This document shows positions 46,126 to 52,288 of a stretch of 52,288 nucleotides of DNA, piece after piece. The DNA is taken from the sequence record DRR723986_9343. One strand, 5' to 3'. The position numbers and the translations under genes are program-made. The notes under the pieces were generated by a model. That model saw only the letters and a program-made list of their open reading frames with translations, did not search any database and was not told the origin of the DNA. Within the stretch, counting starts at the first letter, position 1. Every line of letters begins with the position of its first letter.

Positions 46126-46977
46126 CTAGTGTTTCGTCGAAGCAAGCTCATGCTGCGGAGTGCTTTCGCCAGACTTGAGTGTGATTTGACAGCGACGGCC
46201 AGCGCTAAACTCACCTTGTTTGTTGTCGATCTGCACCCGTACTTCGATCGTATTGGTTTCTGCTTGAGGGTACGGAGCGATGAAGCTGACTTTGCCAGTG
46301 GTAACTCGCCCTGAGCTGATGAATTGGACTTCTACAGAGTCGTCCGCGCTGAGCGATTCTGCCGCGTGACTTGGAATCAAAAAGTCAACGCTAAGAACTT
46401 TCAGTTCGGCGACCGTGCACACATGTGGATCGGCTTGTCCAACCCATTCCCCTTTCTGTTTCGCAAAATCGATGACGACACCATCAAAAGGAGCCTTTAC
46501 AGAGAATTGCTCCGCCTGCGCAGCAAGCTTCCTGTACTCCGCTGCATACAATCTCTTTGCTTCGTGCGCTTCTTGCAAACGGGATTCAGCCTTCGCCAAC
46601 TCGGTCTCAGCGCGATCAACTTCGTCAATCGAAGCATGAGAGCGGTCTGCCAAGCCTTGCAGAATCTCCAGCCGGCGGGCTGCTGTGTTTAGGTCGACCT
46701 GGGCTCCGGTAAGTTTGGCGGAAGCTTCTGAACGTAAGCGAGCGATGTCCAGCCCCCGACTAAATACTTCGGAATCGATCTTGGCCAGCGACTGGCCTTC
46801 ACGAACGGTAGCGCCGGAGGCAACAATGTGCTCCAGGACAACGCCTGGATTCGACGCAGCGACTTTGGAAACACGATTTGGGCGACTGAAACCATCAACC
46901 ACTATTTCACAATGTGCCACCGAAGCAGCAAGCATCGCAGTTGTTAGTGAAACGGAATGGATGAGTCGGCTAGACAT
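46126..46977 (-). CDS. Efflux RND/HlyD-type periplasmic adaptor subunit (signal peptide)
   Basis: MSSRLIHSVSLTTAMLAASVAHC leader; VAASNPGVVLEHIVASGATVREGQSLAKID, VKAPFDGVV, GKVSFIAP, VRVQIDNKQGEFSAG. Confidence 0.85.
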   Translation of the reverse strand: MSSRLIHSVSLTTAMLAASVAHCEIVVDGFSRPNRVSKVAASNPGVVLEHIVASGATVREGQSLAKIDSEVFSRGLDIARLRSEASAKLTGAQVDLNTAARRLEILQGLADRSHASIDEVDRAETELAKAESRLQEAHEAKRLYAAEYRKLAAQAEQFSVKAPFDGVVIDFAKQKGEWVGQADPHVCTVAELKVLSVDFLIPSHAAESLSADDSVEVQFISSGRVTTGKVSFIAPYPQAETNTIEVRVQIDNKQGEFSAGRRCQITLKSGESTPQHELASTKH

Positions 46978-47246
46978 TCGAGTCTCCGCAGTAAGTACAC
47001 AGTCGAGGTTGCGGCCTCGGCAATGATTCGGTTTATTATGAGCACGGAGAAACGTAGACCTTTCTAAATAGAGTGGCGATTGCATGGAACGCGAGGGGCC
47101 GCTTTGGCGCAATACCGCCAGCGGGTGGTGCAGGTTATAGGAAGTTTGGCGATCGAGCTATCACAGGCATGAAGTGTCCAGGAGTACTGCGATTTGCCGC
47201 ACCAAGAAGGACGCGATGAGGTTCAAACGCTCCATCATTGTTTAGT

Positions 47247-47263
47247 TGCAGAGATGGTGCCAA
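47247..47263 (-). promoter_or_regulatory. Candidate sigma-54 (-24/-12) promoter upstream of the adaptor genes
   Basis: Minus strand TTGGCACCATCTCTGCA gives GG-N10-GC and differs by one base from TGGCAC-N5-TTGC; intergenic and oriented toward 46977. Confidence 0.5.
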
Positions 47264-47294
47264 CGTGAAAGAAATAAAACCGTAGTCTTGCGGC

Positions 47295-49313
47295 TTAGCG
47301 CGAGAAGCGAACCAGCGCACCGGTTGCGACTTGGACATTGATGACAGCGCGGTTGAGATCTGTCAGGGCGCTCAGGACGGCCTGCTCTTGCTGGAACAAT
47401 CGATCCTGCGTGCCGAGTAATTCGTCGAGTTGGAATTGGCTAATGTTTGGATCACCCTGCAGCTTTTTCCAACGAGCCTCCTGGTAATGCAACTCTTCGT
47501 TCACCGCTGCCAACGCCCGCTGACGAATGGCAGTTTCCTCTCGAGCCGCCTCAAGCCTTGCTAGCGCAGACTCAACTTCAGCCTGAACATTGGCTTGACG
47601 CTCTGCAATTAGATTCTCGATCTGGTGCAACTGCACGGCTTGTTGTCGCAAACGCGCCTCGGCCGCACGATTCTTATAGGGGACCTCAAATTCAAGACCA
47701 CCTGCGTAACCAGGTTGTCCTCGCGAAAACTGATCGGCCCACGCACGTGGCACATTGCTATTGCCTTGCAAGCCAGCAACGTAGCCTTCGATCACTAAAT
47801 CGAGCCGAGGTTTGACTTGATTCTTGGCTAGATCAAACTGCACGCGTGCGACGGAAAGCTGGTGTCTAAGCTGGGCGATTTCGGGATTCCGCTGGAGCGC
47901 GGCGGCGACTTCGGCATCGGCATTAAACTGCGGAACGTCAGCGGCGGCGGTCTGAACCGGAATAATCTCGAGGTGCGAGTTATCGCTGATTCCTGGTGTG
48001 TTGATTAGTGAACGAATCCTTGCTTCGGTGGAAGTGATTGAAGCGGCCACGCGAGTAATTGCGGCCTGCCGTGAGGCCTGAGCCACCTCGGCGCGTAAGA
48101 TCTGGCTCTTGCGGGAATCCAGAGCATCGCGAGCGTTCAAAGTCTTTGCAACTTCCTCGGCCCGTCGCAAGTGCTCATATCGCTGCAGCAGCGTGGCACG
48201 GTGAAAATATAGTTCCCAGTAGGCATCGCCGATTCTACCAAGCTGCGTAACCACGGCCGACATATATTCGGCGCGGGCAACGTCGGATTCGATGCGAGTG
48301 GTCAAAATCAGGCTTCGATTTTGGTCGATTTGGCGATTCCGCATCAGCGGCTGATTCCAAGCGACGCCAAGCCGCGCCGTACCCTGATCGTTCGGCGCTA
48401 TGAAAAGCGAGTTGCTGTTCAGGTGACCTAGTTGCTGACCGACGGAGTAGTCCGCACCAGTACTCGTTTGACCGCGAACACCAGCGTTCATCGACCATCT
48501 GTTTTCCAGTAACCTATTGGGACCACCAGTCGTTAGCTGGTCTCCAACGGGATCGCTGGTGTCATCGTACCTCGTATTCAAGAACAGAGTTGGATCCAGT
48601 CCCGCCTTAGCAGCCAGGTACTCTTCGCCACGAATCCACTGTGATTGCTCAACAGCCAGAACCCGTCTCGAATTGTGAACTGCCGATTGCATCAGTCCGC
48701 CTAGATCGACTTGAATCGACTCAGGTGCAGCCAATGGCTTGGTGACATGTTCGTTCCACCAGGGAGAAAACGCTGGTGGTGGCGTGACCGGAAGAGCTTC
48801 TTGGGGAACTGTTGCTAGGTCGTTAGGGAACGGTGTTCCAGTGATTGAGAGTTCTGGCGGTGACGATGGCAATGGCGTGTCGCCGCTGTGCTGCTCCAGG
48901 ATGGAACCACTGGGCGGATGCGGTGCAATCGACTCAAGCATTAGGCCCGGCTGTTGGGCCAACTGCAGGGTTGATTCCTGGCCTTGCTGTGGGCTCTCGC
49001 CGCTGGCCGGAATGCTGGAAACCGCTACGCTTGCTGGCCGGTACCAAGCTGGTACTTGCGGCAGGTCCAGCGGGTTGGTGGCGCTGTCACCGCTCTTGCG
49101 CAAGTTCCCTTGACGCAGGGGCTGTACGCGTCCAGCGCTGCCGCGTAGTCCGTGCGTTCCCTGACCACTTACTGGAAAGGGGGAATGACGGTTGCGGTCG
49201 GCCTCCTGCCCTTGAGCGTAGGGCAATACGCTCAATAGCAGTAGACTCATCATGATGTGTGTGGTTGCATTTCTGGGGCGGCGAAATGGTCTTAATACCA
49301 TTGCCAGGTCCAT
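47295..49313 (-). CDS. TolC family outer-membrane channel protein
   Basis: GGAGG RBS, signal peptide, Pro-rich extension, then LGVAWNQPLMRN, DAYWELYF, AALQRNPEI, AKNQVKPRLDL, GLEFEVPYKNRAAEA, VQVATGAL. Confidence 0.88.
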   Translation of the reverse strand: MDLAMVLRPFRRPRNATTHIMMSLLLLSVLPYAQGQEADRNRHSPFPVSGQGTHGLRGSAGRVQPLRQGNLRKSGDSATNPLDLPQVPAWYRPASVAVSSIPASGESPQQGQESTLQLAQQPGLMLESIAPHPPSGSILEQHSGDTPLPSSPPELSITGTPFPNDLATVPQEALPVTPPPAFSPWWNEHVTKPLAAPESIQVDLGGLMQSAVHNSRRVLAVEQSQWIRGEEYLAAKAGLDPTLFLNTRYDDTSDPVGDQLTTGGPNRLLENRWSMNAGVRGQTSTGADYSVGQQLGHLNSNSLFIAPNDQGTARLGVAWNQPLMRNRQIDQNRSLILTTRIESDVARAEYMSAVVTQLGRIGDAYWELYFHRATLLQRYEHLRRAEEVAKTLNARDALDSRKSQILRAEVAQASRQAAITRVAASITSTEARIRSLINTPGISDNSHLEIIPVQTAAADVPQFNADAEVAAALQRNPEIAQLRHQLSVARVQFDLAKNQVKPRLDLVIEGYVAGLQGNSNVPRAWADQFSRGQPGYAGGLEFEVPYKNRAAEARLRQQAVQLHQIENLIAERQANVQAEVESALARLEAAREETAIRQRALAAVNEELHYQEARWKKLQGDPNISQFQLDELLGTQDRLFQQEQAVLSALTDLNRAVINVQVATGALVRFSR

Positions 49314-49581
49314 GGATTCCTCCGGTTATGTGTTTCCTATAGGGGGATCGACATGCCCCAGCGGAAGAACCAGGAATCAAAACACCCGTCGTACAAACGC
49401 GCTAAGCCGCAAATCTTGCCCAGAAGTTTCGTCTTAGCCCGCGAAACCCCTCAAACCGCTTCCCCCGTTCGGGTTATTTAGCGTCCCGTCGCCGGGTGCT
49501 CGTCTCTCATCGCTTTTCAGAGCCAATAATTCGAACAGGGCATAAGAAGACGATTAGGCAGAATTCTTCAGGACAGTGGGC

Positions 49582-52288
49582 ATGGCTGGACTCGGGCAGC
49601 ATCTCAAGTGGTTATTTTCGGCAATCGATAAGGGCAATACGGACGCCACAGATAGGCCAGCCCAGCTCGATGTTGCCAAACTGGAAAAGCGCATTCTCTA
49701 CAGCGCCAATCCGCTGATGCAGCCTACCGAGCTCATTGATCATGCTGCTGTAGATAGCGCTGGCGCTGATTCTCCCAGTAGTGCTCAAACAGCGACCTTG
49801 CCCCCGCCGGTAGATTGTCCCGAGTGCCCAGAGGCGAATCAAGATGATTCCGACACCCCAGAAGAATTGCACGCTGTTCTTCCTCCGTCGGGTATCGGCA
49901 ATACATCGATAATATTCATCGATCCTGCGGTGGGCGACTACCAAGAATTAATCGACGGAGTGCTTGAGACACACGACGATCACAGTTCGTTGCGCATCGT
50001 GCTATTGGATGCCAATCGTGACGGCATAGAGCAGATATCTGAGGTCCTCGCCAACTCCTATAATGTCAATTCGGTGCACGTTTTTGCTCATGGAAGCTCT
50101 GGTAGTCTAACGCTTGGTGGGGCGACCCTAGATTCCACCACGCTGTCGAACTACTCAGGTGAACTGGCGCGTTGGGGCAACGCTCTCGACGCGGATGCGG
50201 ATATCCTGATCTACGGTTGTGATTTTGCCGACCAAGAAGGCGAGCTTCTTGTTGAGGCGATTGCAGAACTGACGGGAGCTGACGTTGCTGCGAGCGCCGA
50301 CTTGACTGGGCACGCGGAGCTCGGAGGCAACTGGGTGCTCGAAGTTTCGGCTGGGTCGATTGAAACCGATGTTGCAGTCAGTCTAGAAGTGCAGTCGCAG
50401 TGGCACAATGTTCTGGCAACCTACACAGTGACAACGACAACTCGCAATGTCGCCGGCTCGCTGGGTTGGGCAATTGCAGATGCTAATGCAAATCCTGGCC
50501 TCGATACGATCGTCTTCGATCTAGCAGGCACAGGAGTCCACACTTTCTACACGGGAAGCATCGGTTTGCCAAGCATAACCGACCCAGTAATCATCGACGG
50601 CACAACTGACGATAGCTTTGCGGCCAACGGTAACTCACCGGCAATCCTGGTCAATGGCGGTGCTTTTGCCAATACTGGCATCGAGCTAACCCCTGGAGCG
50701 AGCGGTTCAACCATTAGAGGCTTGGCCATCGGCAACTACTACCAGCTGCCTGCCATACATATCCACGCTGGATCCAACAACAACACCATTGTCGGGAACT
50801 ACATCGGGGAACTTGACGCCAACGGAGAGGCAAGCGCAGGGACGATTTACACCAGTGTTGGGGTCTTAATCGAAGGGGCCAACAATACCATCGGCGGAAC
50901 GACAGCCGCGGACCGAAATGTGATTTCAAGCAATCATGTTGGGGTAGAGGTTCATGGCAGTGCAGCGACGGGAAACCAGATCATTGGAAACTTTATCGGT
51001 ACAAATGCCCTCGGCAACGCGGCGGCGGAGAATGAGACCTACGGTGTGCATCTGCGTGTTGGCGCTCAAAACAATACGATCGGCGGTAGCGGTGCGGGCG
51101 AAGGGAACGTGATCTCTGGCAATGCTCAAATGGGAGTCTACATCTCAGGGGAAGACACCGATAACAATACGATTCAAGGAAACAAGATCGGTGTCAATGC
51201 AGCTGGCACTGATGTGCTTGCTAACGCATCAAGGGCAATTGGCATCGGTTATGGCCCTGATGGTACCCTGATTGGCGGCCCCACCTCCGATTCTGGAAAC
51301 TGGATCGCTGGTTCAGAAATGCAAATATTTATCTTCGGTGCTTCTACAGACACAGTTATTCAGAACAATACGCTCGGAACTGATTTAACTGGAACCGCCA
51401 ATTGGGGCGCAGCCGAATCTGGTATCTACATCGTAGATGTTAACGGTCGTTCGCCGCAAATTCAAATTCTGCAGAATACAATTGCCTTTAGTGGACAAGT
51501 TGGAGGACCTGGGGGCGACTCCGGCATCGCATTTTTTCAAACGGTGGGCAATGAACACACTATCCTCCAGAATTCGATTTACGGGAGTACCGGCTTAGGA
51601 ATCGACCTTGCCGAGGATGGAGTTACAGCGAACGATGAAGGGGACGGTGACTCGGGCCCGAACAATCGACAGAATTTTCCGGTTTTGAGTTCCGCAACCA
51701 CCATTGGGTCGGATACCGTCGTGGTCGGGAGTTTGAATTCTACCGCGTCGACATCGTATCGTATCGAGTTCTTTAGCAGTCCATCAGGACACTCTACGGG
51801 GCACGGTGGGGCGACAACGTATCTCGGATTCATCAATGTTACAACGGATGCGTCTGGGGACGCTACCTTTTCAACAACGCTGGCCGGTGTAGCGGTTTCG
51901 GCAGGCCACGCAGTAACCGCAACTGCGACGGTGGATTACGGTAACGGCAACTACGGAGGCACGTCAGAGTTTGCCGCCAACACTTTGGTGATCGCTGGAA
52001 ATGCCGCCCCTAGCGGAACACCGGCAATTGCAGGAACCGCAACCGAGAATCAAACACTGACGGTTGATACTTCGGCGATCAACGATGGCGACGGACTTGG
52101 AACGTTCAGTTATCAGTGGCTGCGTGACGGAGTAGCGATCACCGGTGCAACGAATTCGACTTATACACTTGGTGATGCTGACGTTGGTTCGCAGATCAGC
52201 GTTCAAGTTTCTTATACCGATGGTAATGGCAATAGCGAAGGGCCCCTAACTTCCGATCCAACCGCAGCGGTATCGAATGTCAATGATA
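49582..52288 (+). CDS. Giant extracellular protein (3'-truncated): LEPR-XLL-like leader, DUF4347, parallel beta-helix, Ig/cadherin-like module
   Basis: Hand translation from ATG 49582 stays open to the window end (902 codons): MAGLGQHLKWLF...KLEKRILYSANP...IIFIDPAVGDYQELI...VHVFAHGSSG...DILIYGCDFA...LTGADVAASADLTG...GGNWVLE...NNTIGGTTAADRNVIS...GLGIDL...NFPVL...YRIEFF...TENQTLTVDTSAINDGDGLGTFSYQWLRDG. Absent from the ORF track because there is no stop. Confidence 0.9.
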   Translation, partial: MAGLGQHLKWLFSAIDKGNTDATDRPAQLDVAKLEKRILYSANPLMQPTELIDHAAVDSAGADSPSSAQTATLPPPVDCPECPEANQDDSDTPEELHAVLPPSGIGNTSIIFIDPAVGDYQELIDGVLETHDDHSSLRIVLLDANRDGIEQISEVLANSYNVNSVHVFAHGSSGSLTLGGATLDSTTLSNYSGELARWGNALDADADILIYGCDFADQEGELLVEAIAELTGADVAASADLTGHAELGGNWVLEVSAGSIETDVAVSLEVQSQWHNVLATYTVTTTTRNVAGSLGWAIADANANPGLDTIVFDLAGTGVHTFYTGSIGLPSITDPVIIDGTTDDSFAANGNSPAILVNGGAFANTGIELTPGASGSTIRGLAIGNYYQLPAIHIHAGSNNNTIVGNYIGELDANGEASAGTIYTSVGVLIEGANNTIGGTTAADRNVISSNHVGVEVHGSAATGNQIIGNFIGTNALGNAAAENETYGVHLRVGAQNNTIGGSGAGEGNVISGNAQMGVYISGEDTDNNTIQGNKIGVNAAGTDVLANASRAIGIGYGPDGTLIGGPTSDSGNWIAGSEMQIFIFGASTDTVIQNNTLGTDLTGTANWGAAESGIYIVDVNGRSPQIQILQNTIAFSGQVGGPGGDSGIAFFQTVGNEHTILQNSIYGSTGLGIDLAEDGVTANDEGDGDSGPNNRQNFPVLSSATTIGSDTVVVGSLNSTASTSYRIEFFSSPSGHSTGHGGATTYLGFINVTTDASGDATFSTTLAGVAVSAGHAVTATATVDYGNGNYGGTSEFAANTLVIAGNAAPSGTPAIAGTATENQTLTVDTSAINDGDGLGTFSYQWLRDGVAITGATNSTYTLGDADVGSQISVQVSYTDGNGNSEGPLTSDPTAAVSNVND

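Noticed and set aside
49314-49581. Riboswitch (e.g. c-di-GMP) or sigma-54 site in the divergent promoter region
   Set aside because: No matching consensus found by eye; the TGGGCAAGATTTGC candidate has the wrong GG-GC spacing. An Infernal scan would be needed to exclude an RNA element.
49612-52206. Several short minus-strand ORFs suggesting a fragmented or pseudogene region
   Set aside because: The plus strand carries one continuous open frame from 49582 to the window end, so these are shadows.

Overview
Gene-dense bacterial chromosomal window, almost certainly from a planctomycete (Pirellulaceae-like). This rests on a PVC-type CxxCH dehydrogenase, a BBP7-like beta-barrel, a DUF1571 Tat protein, a LEPR-XLL-type giant protein, two sulfatases and many long P/S/A/E-rich linkers. 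From 1 to 42 kb it is mostly metabolic and envelope genes: DUF11 protein, rtcB, a Kelch/mutarotase-sodium:solute symporter fusion with nanA, glpQ, sulfatases, an iodotyrosine-deiodinase-like flavoprotein, tRNA-Ser(TGA), upp, rfbB, proC, a C-terminally shortened SecA paralogue, lolD/lolC-E and an Omp85 protein that appears to lack POTRA domains. The most striking part is 42.2-52.3 kb, a type-I-like export cluster with no ABC or RND pump: TolC, three HlyD-type adaptors (the last fused to a PqqD/RRE-like domain and a site-2/M50 protease with intact motifs), and a divergently transcribed giant surface protein. That giant gene (49582 to the window end) is missing from the supplied ORF track because it has no stop in the window; it carries an LEKRILYS leader, a DUF4347 domain, a beta-helix and an Ig-like module. 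The short SecA about 12 kb away is a candidate motor. All family assignments come from motif recognition by eye; no searches were run.
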